DNA of 63,872 nucleotides, counting the filler, from Globobulimina sp. (lineage: Eukaryota), in assembly GCA_003354225.1 (NCBI GenBank). It is 52 parts of 52 records of this genome, joined end to end, with 100 filler letters (N's around TTAATTAATTAA, not from the genome) between each part and the next. Parts side by side here need not be neighbours in the genome. Positions count along the whole stretch, not along the records: positions 45,531 to 46,660 come from PIVH01022775.1; positions 46,761 to 47,890 come from PIVH01022776.1; positions 47,991 to 49,120 come from PIVH01022777.1; positions 49,221 to 50,350 come from PIVH01022778.1; positions 50,451 to 51,580 come from PIVH01022779.1; positions 51,681 to 52,810 come from PIVH01022780.1; positions 52,911 to 54,040 come from PIVH01022781.1; positions 54,141 to 55,269 come from PIVH01022782.1; 44 more parts are not named here. One strand, 5' to 3'. This document shows positions 45,431 through 59,056 of the stretch, piece after piece. The notes beneath the pieces are model-generated. The model was not told where the DNA came from, ran no database searches, and was given only the letters and a program-made list of their open reading frames with translations. Each line of letters opens with the position of its first letter. The first letter of the stretch is position 1. The translations under genes and the position numbers were made by a program.

Positions 45431-48400
45431 NNNNNNNNNNNNNNNNNNNNNNNNNNNNNNNNNNNNNNNNNNNNTTAATTAATTAANNNNNNNNNNNNNN
45501 NNNNNNNNNNNNNNNNNNNNNNNNNNNNNNTAGATAGTAGTAAGTTTATAATCTCAACAATTAGTCATCCAGCGCTCCTTAGTTAAAATTTTCATAATAT
45601 AAATTCACTAATATCTTCGGAAGGAAATCTATATCCTTGGTAGATACGGCCAAAAACTGTCGCTAGGGTTATAATCGGTATCGGTCATTCTAGAACCTAT
45701 AAAAAACGAGAATCGCGTGATAATAGGTATATATAAAGGAGCGGCGATGCGTAATACTGCCATTGTTGACACTATGGAAAGTGCAACTTGTTATTGTAAT
45801 AAAAACCTTTAGTCGAACCAATATAAAAAATTAAAATAATTTTAAAAATAATTTCTGCATACACTCTAATAATAATATAATATGACGCTTTCGACAGTTT
45901 AATTTTGCAGCGATAATGAAAAACCTACATTATTTCCAAATTTACTAATTCAAACGTTCTTAAGTGTGTACGATTAATTTTTGGTCGATAATGTTTTCGC
46001 CAAAACACTCTATTATGTACTACGAAGTAGAAATCACTGCACTGAATAATCAGAAAGGTGGAAAAGTTAAACATATTTTATGTAACATTATTCGTCATTT
46101 CAGAGTAACGTGAGTAGTGAGCCACCACCCTAGAACGCTCTTAGTCGTGCAGTTTCTGATGTGACGTGGCATGACAATCGTGTTACACACCTCGTACACT
46201 TAACTGAGAATTGTGTTGATCAATAATGTTTCATTAAAGTTGTATAAGATTCTATTTACACGAATCTATTGTTCGTAAAAGTGGCATTAAACAACACTGC
46301 ATGCCTCCAAAAAATTACTTGGTTTTGATATGTTTCTGTTGAACATTGGTAAAAGTCGTGCGGGTGTTAAAATATGGTCGGGTTCTTGACTATTTTACAT
46401 AAAAAGGTTACATTTGCATTCTCTTTCAACATCTCTGATCGTTATCGGTTATGTATGCATGATCATCGATGCATCGGGGCTGAAACAGCTTATAGTTTTA
46501 CAAACAAATTTTTGCAGCAAACCTGTACCCTTATTACATTCCTACACCTTTTTGATATTGACGCTGAGTTTTCCTCATTGATTTGGCACATGTTGATAAA
46601 TTATAATAAATAAATTTGTTACATTTTATTTATTTCCAAAATAACATAAGTATTATGCAGNNNNNNNNNNNNNNNNNNNNNNNNNNNNNNNNNNNNNNNN
46701 NNNNTTAATTAATTAANNNNNNNNNNNNNNNNNNNNNNNNNNNNNNNNNNNNNNNNNNNNTTTTATAGTATTTAAATGCTTGATGCATTTTCAGATCCTT
46801 TTGTCTTTGCGTTCGTCTCCCTTTCTTAAGATGTGCCTTTCGCGATAAATATCTCATTACACCCTTTGTTTTATTTTTTTTCACAAAAATTGTTGATTTT
46901 TCTGTTTTTCGTGGAATGTTTTCTGTTGTGATTCCATGATCTTTGCTGATTACCAGCCGTTTCCTTGGAATTGGCATTATGGAATTTGTGAATTTTTATT
47001 AGCTGATTGTTCAAACTGTTCTATCGCTCCTATTGTAAAAAATTGAGTTGAGTAAAACTTCAAAGTTTTAATTAAAGTGCAAAATCTACATTCTTGCGCT
47101 TCTATTTAGGCATCAGCACACTAACTCTGTCGTCATTTTGCTTGCTTTGTGCGTTTGATATTGTGTGTGTATTGTATCAATCAGACAGGTTCTAAAAGGA
47201 AAGACTTCAATTCCTCGAATTGACAAAGTTAGCGATGACATAATTTCTCTTTTTTAAAAGTTTAAATTTGAGTTTGTTATTTGAATACAATTTAAATATT
47301 CAGGCATCATATGGAATATAGAAAGCTATGGAACTAATTCCAATCACTTTTATTTCAACGGATATTATGAAGTCATTGCTGATGGTTTATGTATACAATC
47401 AACATCAATTATCAATTATTGTTATCGATTATAGTGGTGATATTGAATCAATTCATTCATGTAATTCATTCATATGTATCAATTGGAAATAGCTAATTGA
47501 ATTCCAACAATAAAAATAAAACTACAGCTACTTAAAATTATGCGCATGCTGACAACAGCTGCAGCTAACGAAATAATATAAGACATGTATTTTGTTTTAC
47601 AATGCTGTATGAGAGTTGTTACAAATATTTTTAAACATAATATTATATGGGTTTCAAATGTTATATGTTTTGTTTTCGTTATTTTTGCATGTAATAACAT
47701 ATGATGAATATAAGCCAGAACATTGCTTACAAGCAATGAAAAAAATGGCATAGTTTTGAAAAAAAGTAATATTAAATACAGTATAATAATAATATAACAA
47801 CATTATTGTGCTTCAGTATATGATGATAACATTAGGGGTGTCCGATAAGTACTGATTTTTTCAAAAACTTTTCAAACAGCCTTTTTTTTTNNNNNNNNNN
47901 NNNNNNNNNNNNNNNNNNNNNNNNNNNNNNNNNNTTAATTAATTAANNNNNNNNNNNNNNNNNNNNNNNNNNNNNNNNNNNNNNNNNNNNTTATGATTTG
48001 TGAGGTTTGAATTATGACGATAATTAGTCATTAATTATCACACAAAAAAACTTTTTTCTGTATAATTTAGCAAAATCAAGTTCAAAGCACTACCAAAAAA
48101 AATATTTTTGGCACAATGAGTTTCCAGGAGGCAAGCAAGCAAGTGGTCCATGATATATAGAAAAAAAATTTTTGCACCTCCTGTGTGTTTGTTGTATTTT
48201 TCTTTGCTTTGTTTTGGCAATAAATTCGCCTTTGATTTGATGTGATAATCTTTGATTTTTTGAGATTTATATTCTTCGTCATGTAATCCATTCGATTTTG
48301 ACTGTATTTTCCATTCGAAAGAATGGCATCTAATTGATTCCATTCGAAACAATGGCATCTAATTCATCCAAAGTATCCAATCCATTCAATAAGATTTCAT

Positions 48401-49222
48401 CTGTTGTTGCTTGAATAATCGATGCCGTTTTTGTTATATTTGACTCTGTTTTTGTTGGCATATTCGACTCTGTTTCTTTTTTGATATTGATATTGTTAAA
48501 TGCATTAATTTTTGCTTCCAATCCAATAAACATATTATTGTATAATATATCTTGTCGATGTGGATATATTTCTTGATCGACTGGTCGTATGATGACCGTT
48601 TGTTGCGATGGCAACCGTTGATTGACTGCCTTCATCATAGAAGGACTTGGCATAGCGACGCCTAACCATGACATGCTTTGGAAAGCAGAGTCAAGATGTT
48701 TTATTCTGAATTAAACTAAGTTTTTTTTCTTAAAGATGTCAAATGTTGGTTGAACTAATTAAGTAAATGGACAAAATAAATATACAAATTGCAAAATGGA
48801 TAACATTGATGCAAAATGTAGAGAGAAAAATTTGGATAAAGATCAACAAAAATGCTTTATTTATCGTAAATTATTAGGAAAATTGCAAAAGGAGAACGCC
48901 GTAGCTATACTGGAACATTATGCGCAATACTTTTATTTTAATAATCATTTATAGATTGGTATCTTATTTAATGTCATTTATTTCCTCACACAAAGCTTGG
49001 TCAGACTTTGTTATTTTTGTTTGTTGTTTGTTTATGTGTTGTGTGACAATGCTTATGTTGTGTGTCATTCAGCAATGCGTTTATTTATTAAGTTAATGTC
49101 CGAGCACTTGTGTGCCACTTNNNNNNNNNNNNNNNNNNNNNNNNNNNNNNNNNNNNNNNNNNNNTTAATTAATTAANNNNNNNNNNNNNNNNNNNNNNNN
49201 NNNNNNNNNNNNNNNNNNNNCT

Positions 49223-50350
49223 AAGGGAACAGAACTAAAACCAGTCGATCGTCCTCCTCGAGTTCAAAAAATCGATGTGTCACGTCGTCCACCAGAAGAC
49301 TGGAGACAACCAAGGAGAAAACGGGCGAGACAGACATTCGAATCCGAGGAGAATACGCTCTCATTTCGTGGAATATTTGTACCAGATCCAACAAGATTTA
49401 CAGATATGTACAATGGGGATTTGGATTATCAAGATGTGGAAGGACGAGCAGCCAATCCAAGCAAATACTATGGCCCACGAAAAGGAGAGTTTGAAACAGA
49501 AGGACAAGTAACGGTACATGTGAACAATGGAATGGTACAACCACCTAAATGTGGTCGAAAGCGGTTGATAATACCATCAAGGAATCGGAAAGTACAAGCA
49601 AGAACGTGGCAGTCATATGAGACTTGCGTCCAAGCAGTGGAATCAACGTTCGAAGATGGTGAACAGCTGAAGAAAATTGTGGAGTTAATGGAAGAAGGTG
49701 GACAACAAGCAGAAGCAGAAGTGTATGCGATAATTAGTGGGTTTTCGGATGCATTAAAGGAACGGTGCGTGGATACAGTACCAAATTTGGATACAACAAG
49801 AATACAGTTACCAATAGTGCAAGAAGATGTAGACATGGACGTTGATATTGAAGAAGAAGACATCGAAGGATTGGAAGAAGTATTTGAACGATTGAAGAGA
49901 CTTTACCATCTGCACCAATTCGATGTAGTGATCGATCTGCTGAAGGACATAAACGAGAAAGAAGTTCGAAACAAACTATTGGAGAAACTGTTGAAAGACA
50001 GCGATTTGGCTTTTATGCGGAGATCACCATATGTCATGTTGATGGAACTATATGCAACTGATGCTGAAAAGACAATTAGAACTTACACACCAAAGGAGTG
50101 GCTACAGGACAGCGAAGAGAACGTCGTAGCATCCACACTGAATTCAATTATTAATTTTGGACCAGGATTAGCAGAACCAGAAGATCTGAGAGAACAAAGT
50201 AGACCATTATTTGGGAATGCATTGGACCCACCAGACAACAAAAAGACATTCGACGTAACAGCAATGATATTGCATGCAAGTGCAAAGGTAATTGTTTTTC
50301 GGTTATCAGACGGATCATGGAAGAGAGTCAGTGCATTAAGTCGTATGACG
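49223..50350 (+). CDS. Unknown intronless ORF open across the contig; possibly mobile-element or viral
   Basis: No stop over ~376 codons; purine-rich strand; no motif recognised. Confidence 0.55.
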
Positions 50351-50450
50351 NNNNNNNNNNNNNNNNNNNNNNNNNNNNNNNNNNNNNNNNNNNNTTAATT
50401 AATTAANNNNNNNNNNNNNNNNNNNNNNNNNNNNNNNNNNNNNNNNNNNN

Positions 50451-51066
50451 TTGGGGTGCATGGAGCTCGATTTTCGGCATTGGGCGATCGATTATCGCCA
50501 TTCTCGTCATTGTTGATACTATTTCTTCTCTTTTTGGGCTGGTTGTTGATGTTTGGCATACTCTGCCTTCTGTTGATTTGGCATAGCGGCGATTGCGATG
50601 GTTGCTGTTGAGAGTAATAAGATGTATCAGTGTCAGAGTCAGAGTCATCGACTTCGATCTCCGTCTCAAATGGGACCTGGGTTTCGATGATTTCTTCTTC
50701 GGTCACTTCGGTGTCGACATAATCGGAAACCATCTCTGAATCTTCGTTGTCTGATATTATCTCTTTGCGTCGGTTGATGGCATGGAAGCCAAATGAATTG
50801 TTGTGTTGGTGGTTGTTGTTGTTGTTATTCACATCATCACTGCTGATATATTCTTGTGAGTATTGTAATTGCACTTGTTTGGCCCACGCTGATGGAGATG
50901 GTGAGGTGGATTCGTCTGTTATTTGTGTTTAAAATACGGCAGAATTAGAAAAAAGACACGCGATATTAAAAAGGATAAGGAACAAACCTTCTGAATCATC
51001 ATTGCCATACACATTTTTGCTGATTTCTCTTAAAGCTGATGGTCTGTGATGTCTTCGTGTTGCCAT
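50451..51066 (-). CDS. N-terminus of a low-complexity protein with one intron
   Basis: MATRRHHRPS..DDSE, then GT-AG intron, then an acidic/N-rich exon. Confidence 0.5.
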
Positions 51067-51200
51067 GGTATTAAATTCTAGTTAGGGGTAGTTAGTGTAA
51101 CAGGTTTTTTTTTGTGATTAAAATCATTAAATGTGATGACGTACTAGAGCACTAGATTAATAATAATATATATTTTCAAATAAAGAGTTTTGAAAACATA

Positions 51201-51580
51201 ATGGGTTGTGTTAATGAGACATTTCCTGAAAATGATGAAACAACGAATGACACAAATTATAAGAAAGAGAAAACAGTTGCCGCGGACAGAGAAGACCCTA
51301 TCGGTTGTGGTCACTCAAAAGCCATTGATACAACACATAATCCACAAAATAAAACCCGTACCGTTGACTCAAAGCCAATTCATGATACAACGCCAAGTGA
51401 TCATGAAATTGATTTACATTTATTCAAACAAACTGAGATGAATTGCAATCATACAACAACTGATATTATCGCTAACTGTCAACATTTACAACGCTTAGCC
51501 TTTGCGTTAAAATATTATAATAATAATAAGGGGAATAAGTCGGTGAAAGAATGGCGTAATTTTTGTTTGACTGTGTATGG
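51201..51580 (+). CDS. N-terminus of a lineage-specific protein (C..I..C.HL motif; similar segment at 55062-55269)
   Basis: CNHTTTDIIANCQHLQRL versus CDSISACVHLGAL. Confidence 0.45.
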
Positions 51581-51681
51581 NNNNNNNNNNNNNNNNNNNN
51601 NNNNNNNNNNNNNNNNNNNNNNNNTTAATTAATTAANNNNNNNNNNNNNNNNNNNNNNNNNNNNNNNNNNNNNNNNNNNNC

Positions 51682-52659
51682 ATTGCAAAGCAGTATAAAT
51701 TACAAATCATATTTGTGAGCTTAGACCGTTCCGCCACCGCAATGATGGATTATTACCACAACCATCACGGCAATTATTTGGCCATTAAGTACGCCAATGG
51801 CGACAGGAAGGATTTATTGAGCAATATATTCGATTGCGAATATATTCCACATTTATGTGTCATTAACAATGAGTGCAACTTATTAGATCTCAATGCGAGG
51901 AACACTTTGGATGAGAAGCAGTTCATTCCTGCGTTGCAATTCTGGTCCGAAACGGATATGAAATTATGCAGACAGTTAGCGATAAAGAAGCGGGACAAAC
52001 AAATTGAACAACAGCTACAGGATAACATTATTGCGCAGTATGAAGATGCCGACGCGCTGATTGTGAATGGATACATTCATCAAAGTTGCGAGGGGTTGAA
52101 TTTTGAATGGATTATGCCAGCGGCCATTTTTTCAGTTTGCTTTGAGTTTTATCATGTTTGTTATAGGCGGTTATTGAAGCTATGCGGGGACAAATTTGTG
52201 CGGCGAAATGGAGAGACCGTCAATTTTACGGACGGTGTGAAGGGATATGATATGGTTGGATTCTATTTTAGTGCCATTTGGTGTCCTCCGTCGAAGGCAT
52301 TTACACCAAAATTAAAGCAGGCGTTTGATGCTGCGAATGTGGCCAATGTTGACAGTGAGGATAAGGAGAATTGCAAGAGGTTACAAATTGTGTTTGTGTC
52401 TAGTGACCAGTCACAGGATGAAATGATGAGTTATTTTAAAAATTATCATGGGGATTATGTGGCGGTGGGCTTTGAGGATAAAGCTCGGAAGGAATTGTTA
52501 GGCAAAGTGTTTGAATGCGAGTATATTCCGCATTTGTGTGTGGTGAGTAATCAGTGCGAAATGTTGGATTCTACGGCGAGGAATACGGTGCTTAATTATA
52601 AGGAGAAAGCGGTGGAAGTGTGGGGCGAGAAATCAGTGAGTGAGTTGATGATACAATAA
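51682..52659 (+). CDS. Nucleoredoxin/tryparedoxin-like protein with two Trx-like repeats and a WCPPS active site
   Basis: GFYFSAIWCPPSKAFTPKL, LQIVFVSSD, duplicated CEYIPHLCV. Confidence 0.85.
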   Translation: MAKQYKLQIIFVSLDRSATAMMDYYHNHHGNYLAIKYANGDRKDLLSNIFDCEYIPHLCVINNECNLLDLNARNTLDEKQFIPALQFWSETDMKLCRQLAIKKRDKQIEQQLQDNIIAQYEDADALIVNGYIHQSCEGLNFEWIMPAAIFSVCFEFYHVCYRRLLKLCGDKFVRRNGETVNFTDGVKGYDMVGFYFSAIWCPPSKAFTPKLKQAFDAANVANVDSEDKENCKRLQIVFVSSDQSQDEMMSYFKNYHGDYVAVGFEDKARKELLGKVFECEYIPHLCVVSNQCEMLDSTARNTVLNYKEKAVEVWGEKSVSELMIQ

Positions 52660-52910
52660 AAACAATATTAAATTATTAATGTTTTAAATAGTATTTATAC
52701 GCATTATGTCATATAATAATTAACGAAAAATCAAAAACCAATTTTGATTATATTAAGATACTATATATATATGTATTAAAATTGTTGCTTTTATTATTTT
52801 TGTATGCTTTNNNNNNNNNNNNNNNNNNNNNNNNNNNNNNNNNNNNNNNNNNNNTTAATTAATTAANNNNNNNNNNNNNNNNNNNNNNNNNNNNNNNNNN
52901 NNNNNNNNNN

Positions 52911-54040
52911 GTGTCTGGAATGGACGGGATTGACAGTGGAAAGTTATCGGATACATTGGAGATATTGGAGCGAGAGAACTATTCCATTCGGAGACAGCGC
53001 GAAAAGTGCAAAATGGAGATCGAAGAGCTGGGCAAAGTGATTGAGAAGAAACAGCAGTTCGTGGTGAGCTGGAGGATGCAGCTCAAATTGCGGGAGAATG
53101 AGAGCATTAAATTGCGAGATGCCGTGACTGAAGAGATGGTGAATGGAGAGTGTTTGCGGAATGAGATCATTGATAGATATGAGCGGGAGGAGAAAGAGAG
53201 GAAAATGTTGTTGTCGGACCCATCGTATTTGGTGGAGGAACACATAAAAAATATGGAATTGCAGCAGCAGTCGCAGCAAATGATGGATTTTATCCATCGG
53301 TTTATCGACGATAAGGATAACAAGTTCCGCTATGATCAGTATACAAAATGGAAGAATACGTACCAGATTTTAGTGGACGAGAACGAAGAGCTACGGCAGG
53401 AAATGAGCGAGAATGAAAACGAATCGTTGAAGTTGTTAGCTGTGAAGGAAAAAATGGTAGAACCGAAAATCGAGGAATATGAGACGAAGGTTATAGCGCT
53501 GAATAAAGAGATGGAACAATATAAGAAAAATAAGGAGACGCTGCAGGAAGAGATTGATTTGTTACACAACAAACAGAACGATTTACAGAATAATTACGCC
53601 GAGCTGGAGTCGAAAATCCAGTTAGAAGAACGCAAATATTTGATGGAGAAACAAGCCATGAAAGAAGAGTACGACAAACAGCTGGAAAATATGCGACAGG
53701 GCGCGGTCAGAGCACTGGACTCGAACAACGAGCATACGATGCAGATAAAGATGCAAGTGACCCAATTAAACGCCAAAATGGAAGCGACTGAGAAGGAATT
53801 AATTGACACACAGTCTCAATACAGACAACAGACCAAAGAGTTGCAGGCTGTGGGTATGCATTTGGATGAAAGTAAAAAGACATACGATGTGTTATTAAAT
53901 ACAAGCAATCAGCAAATGGCGGAGATCGTACAATTGAAGGAAACCATTGCGGAAATACCCAAATTGCAGCAGAACATTAACCAATTAGCGGTTGAACAGA
54001 ACGCAAATCAGTCGCTGCTGAAGGAAGCACAGGCAATCAA
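52911..54040 (+). CDS. Long coiled-coil protein, internal fragment
   Basis: E/K/Q-rich heptads across the contig. Confidence 0.7.
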
Positions 54041-54141
54041 NNNNNNNNNNNNNNNNNNNNNNNNNNNNNNNNNNNNNNNNNNNNTTAATTAATTAANNNN
54101 NNNNNNNNNNNNNNNNNNNNNNNNNNNNNNNNNNNNNNNNC

Positions 54142-54979
54142 GCAAGTGCAGAAAACACAGAAGAAGAAAAGAAATCAATTGCCTCCCCTCAAGAAATAAC
54201 TCGATACAACACAGAATACGATGAAAGCGGCAAAAAATTAGAAAGCTATCTTGCCGAAAAGTATGAAAAAAAGATAAACTCATTCGAATTCTTTCCAAAT
54301 GATATTTTGGTTCGTTTTGTATTTGGTTACAAGCATGTCGACAGTTACGATCGCAGACTGGAAGAAACAGAAAAAGTGTTCATTTATTATCTTCAATTTC
54401 ACAAGGAAAGCAACTATGACACGATCACTTCGTCCTTATCGGAATCACTATGACGACGGAGGTCATTATCACAGCAATGCTGATTTATCCATATTTTATG
54501 ACGAACAAACTGGTGAACCTGACGAAAAAATGATGGATACTTGGCTGGCATTTGAAGGTAAATTCATTCATGAAACGAAAATTAAAAATAACAAAAAGTA
54601 TGGGCTGCAGAATGATAAGGTTGGCATCTATCAGCACATTCAGATTATTGATTTGAAGAATGCATACATTCCGAAATTTTTTAAAGAACGGAAAGTGTTT
54701 GAATATCTGATCAAGAAAGGGTCCAAAGTATATCCCGAATATTTGCGCAGAATGTATATTATTAACAGTCCTTACATGTTCAGGATTGTGTGGAATATTC
54801 TCAAACGTTTTGTGCATCCAGTCACTGCAAGTAAAACATGTATTTTGGGAAGTGATTACATTGGGAAATTGACAGAAGAGATTGATATTCACATGATTCC
54901 GGAAAAATACGGAGGAGAAGGTAAATGGAAAATAAGATACGGAGGTGCTCCTGAAGGATTCTATGAGGAAACTAGTTGA
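54142..54979 (+). pseudogene. CRAL-TRIO/Sec14-like gene with a frameshift or deletion near 54430-54450
   Basis: N-terminal frame (DILVRFVFGY..) stops at 54451; C-terminal frame has IIDL, YPEYLRRMYIINSP, IPEKYGG. Confidence 0.65.
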
Positions 54980-55917
54980 CTGTAATCAAACTAATACTTG
55001 TTTATAAAGTGATTCTTGTTTTTAAATTTCGTTACATCATCTGTAGTTCAGACAAAAAACTTTGACAATTAAGGAAGAGACTATGCTTTGCGTAACGGCA
55101 AACGCAGAACATTGTGATAGCATTTCGGCATGTGTTCATTTAGGAGCTTTAAAAGCCATAATTAACATTGAGAATGTATTGAATCAATTCTTGCATTTAA
55201 TGTCAGTTCACAACAATGCTAATGAATTTAAGTTTATTCATGACACATTAGGAGGAAGATATTTATCATNNNNNNNNNNNNNNNNNNNNNNNNNNNNNNN
55301 NNNNNNNNNNNNNTTAATTAATTAANNNNNNNNNNNNNNNNNNNNNNNNNNNNNNNNNNNNNNNNNNNNATTTTTTCTTTGTCAAACACTTTATATTCTT
55401 AAATGTATATTCATTAGATCCCGTTTGCTTTTCTTCAATTTGTGTCATTATATTATATTTCAAAAGCTAACACCCCTCACTACCGGTCGATAAGTTGTAT
55501 ACAATTGGTTCAGTTATACTTTGTGGTTTGTTATAACTTTTTATTTTGTTAATGTATTCTTTGAAAATGCTGCTATTAATATAGCATCAACGGTATCAAA
55601 CAACAACAGATTAATTGATTGCATATGTTTGATTGTTTGTATACTTTTGTAATTGTATATAAAAAAGATGGGTTACCCAATTTTATACTAAAAAAACCAA
55701 TGGCAATCGTTTACGGATTCGATATAGAGGGAAAAATACACAAAAAAAACAAATATATTAATAACATTATGCACACATTCACACATAATATACATAATGG
55801 TCACAAAAAAAACAAATATATTAATAATATTATACACGCGCATTCAAAACAAATTAATACATAGACAATTAATAATAAAAAATAAAAATACAGAAAAAGA
55901 AAAAGAAGCTACTCACT

Positions 55918-56498
55918 TTAGTCCACTGCAACAACAAAATAATCATCAACTTGCTCTGTAGATGATGGTGTTAGCTGTCGAGGGGTTGTTGCTATTAAAC
56001 TATTTATAGCAGATGCTGACATTACAGAGTTTATTTTTGTTATTAACGGACTGTTTCCCTTTGACCTAAATGATGTTCGTTCATTTTTATCGTTCTTAAC
56101 ATAATTAAGTTTGTATGTATTACGGTATCCGTACATGCGACAAATATAAACATATCATACCGCGATAAGACATTGTATTGTTAAGGATAAGTCCATTTTA
56201 TTTTGTTTCAAGGCTTTTTGTGCCATTTTTGATTTAAATCCCATATTTGTTAAATGATGAGAATTGACATTTTTTAATACATTTTTGGTGACAGTCCAGG
56301 TCATTGTAGATGTCTCACTGATTTGATTTATAAATATCTGATGTTGAATAGCAATAATTTGTTGCGTAATTGTTGCTATTATTTCATTCCGAAAGGAAAC
56401 ATCCATTGCATCAAAGTGATAGTCGTATTCAGATGGTATATTAATGCTAAATTCTGCAGATGTTGATGATGTTGTAATGGATGCAATGTCTAATAAGT
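55918..56498 (-). CDS. C-terminus of a UBA-domain protein with one intron
   Basis: LTNMGFKSKMAQKALKQNKMDLSLTIQCL. Confidence 0.55.
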
Positions 56499-56748
56499 NN
56501 NNNNNNNNNNNNNNNNNNNNNNNNNNNNNNNNNNNNNNNNNNTTAATTAATTAANNNNNNNNNNNNNNNNNNNNNNNNNNNNNNNNNNNNNNNNNNNNCT
56601 CAAAATTATTTATCTATTTATCCAAAAAAATTCGATTTTTCCCTAAATTTCAAAAATTTGACCTGTGCCGCGGCACAGCTGGCACACGTGAAATACCAGA
56701 ATTAATGGAAAAAATGAATGACCAGTTGATCAAAATCAGTAAATAGCT

Positions 56749-57727
56749 TATGCTGGTTATGCTGATGATTTGGCTTACATCAAGAAAGCAGAAACTGTGA
56801 CTGAGCAGCTAGATATTGTGCAAGACACCAACGCCATTGTCAATTGTTTTACTAGCTTGGGTTTACCAATCAATGTCAACAAAACTGAAGCCATGCTATT
56901 TACCCTATCAAACACTCAAGTCAATTTCGAAATCCATCCTAATATAAAAGGCCTCAATTTGAACATTGTCTCTAGCTATAAGTACCTTGGCATCTGGCTA
57001 GACCCTAATCTTTCATGGTCTGTACATTCAAAGAAAGCTGCCTGTAAAGCACGACAAGCAATCGGTGCATTTTCCAGACATTGTCGAAATTTTGTGCCTC
57101 AGCCTGTATTCAGTCATCTCTATAAATCTGTTATTTTACCATCTCTATTATATGGCTTGACTGTCGCATATCCTATCAAAATGAATGATCGTGGGCGTCT
57201 GGAACGTGTTCAATTGTATGCCGCACATACAGCAAGCAATTGTTTTACTACCCCTTCTGATCAGCTTCTTTCTCAGTTGAAATGGAAAAGTATTTCAAGA
57301 ATTGTAGAGGATAGGCGATTGTGCTTACTCCATCATTATCATCATGGCACTCGCTACCTCCCTGCAGGAATTCTGAATCCACAAAAGGACTTTGTTGGTC
57401 GAAACACTTTGGCCAATTCAAACATTCAAAACGATTTCTCATATGATCGTCCTTTCCCAACACGTAATCGTTGTGGTCATTCTTTCTTTATGGACTCTAT
57501 TGGTCAGTGGAACTTTTTAAATAATGAGCAGATTTTGTTGAGCAAAGAACGTTTCAAATTATTTGTAAAACGGCGAAATTTGGCAATTGTTAATAATTCT
57601 GATGATCTATAATTTTTGTATCATTATGTTACTCTAATTTTAGTATTTTAGTATTTCTATATTATATATGTAGTGTTGTATTACGGTCTGTATGGACTAT
57701 TTCAGCACTTAAAATAAACGTATCTAT
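56749..57727 (+). mobile_element. 5'-truncated non-LTR retrotransposon (CR1/L2-group-like), RT C-terminus and 3' end
   Basis: YADD at 56758, NVNKTEAM, YKYLGIWLD, LERVQ; ends AATAAACG-TATCTAT. Confidence 0.85.
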
Positions 57728-58900
57728 NNNNNNNNNNNNNNNNNNNNNNNNNNNNNNNNNNNNNNNNNNNNTTAATTAATTAANNNNNNNNNNNNNNNNN
57801 NNNNNNNNNNNNNNNNNNNNNNNNNNNTAATAGAAATTTATGGAGATGAATTGGATTTTTTATGTTGTGCATATTTGGTGTTGTCACTGAATCACTGTCG
57901 TGCATATTTTGTTGTTTTGTGAATATTTTTTGTTTTGTGCATATTTTTGGTTTTGGTTTTGGTTTGTGTTTATATGGTTTGGGTTTGGCAAACTAGCTAG
58001 GCAAACCTACGAAAAACGTTTTTTGTTGTTAGATTCGCGGAATGCTGAAAATGACAATTTACGAAAAGATTTGCAAGTGAGGATGAAGGAAAATAAAAGT
58101 ACGGAACTTATGTTGCAACATGCAATTGATAGTAAAATGAGATCGTTGGAACAGTCACAAGCTGAAATACAAAAATTAAAAACAATGTTACAAAATAGTT
58201 CACTGACAACGCCACCATTACCGAATGGATATAATTTAAATGTATCAAATACGGCATCTCAATCAAACAAAAAGAAAAAAAAAGCGAGGCATTTAAGCCA
58301 TTTAATTGGTGATTATTAAACTAATAAATTAGTGTCTTTTGTTTGCATGTAAACCTGTGTAATGTTGCTGTTTTGTGATGTTTCAATATTTTTTTTTATA
58401 CACTGCAGCTCAAAAATGTTACCAAATTACTTGAGGTGCGGGTTACTACAGTTCACCAATGGGCGCGAATCAGGCTCTATTTCTCAAACAATGAGAATCT
58501 GAAGGTATGGGCTGTTACATATTTAGAAGCTCACATTTCTTTAATTTAATCAAAAAGTTGATGAGAAGAGCAAATCTTTGGAACAAGAAAGAAAACGTTG
58601 TGAAGATTTATTAGATGATGCGTGTTTACAAAACCACCAAACAATTACAGATTGCAATTCGTTTAAACGCATAAATAATATATTAGAGTTAATATATATT
58701 TTTTTCACACAATATAATATAGGCAGTATAGAGAGTGGCAAGATAATTGCAAACAAAATAGGAAATATAAGCGTAAAAAAATAGGAAATATAGAATAGGA
58801 AATATAAGCGCCACCAAAAATAGGAAATATAAGGTCCAAAAAATATACAATATATTGTATTGCTGATTTTATATTGCCTATTTTTGCTGTTTTTCGCTAA

Positions 58901-58956
58901 TGTGATGATTGGGATTTGAACCCAAATATTCTTCAATAAGACGCTCTCTTTGAGCT
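58901..58956 (-). ncRNA. Minimal tRNA-like element (family B, copy 2), cut by the contig end
   Basis: AGCTC-AAAGA-GAGC-G-TCTTATTGAAGAATA-T-TTGGG-TTCAAAT-CCCAA-TCATCAC-A. Confidence 0.65.
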
Positions 58957-59056
58957 NNNNNNNNNNNNNNNNNNNNNNNNNNNNNNNNNNNNNNNNNNNN
59001 TTAATTAATTAANNNNNNNNNNNNNNNNNNNNNNNNNNNNNNNNNNNNNNNNNNNN

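Noticed and set aside
45531-47890. Short ORFs in two mostly non-coding contigs
   Set aside because: No recognisable motifs or coding bias
48038-48674. Crypton-like recombinase remnant (LLPKQSKEKY)
   Set aside because: Single weak motif in fragmented frames with a local duplication
13324-51090. Scattered TTAGGGG as telomeric repeats
   Set aside because: Single units only, never tandem
58405-58535. U2 snRNA-like sequence (TGTAGTA on the minus strand)
   Set aside because: Flanking U2 motifs and stems are missing
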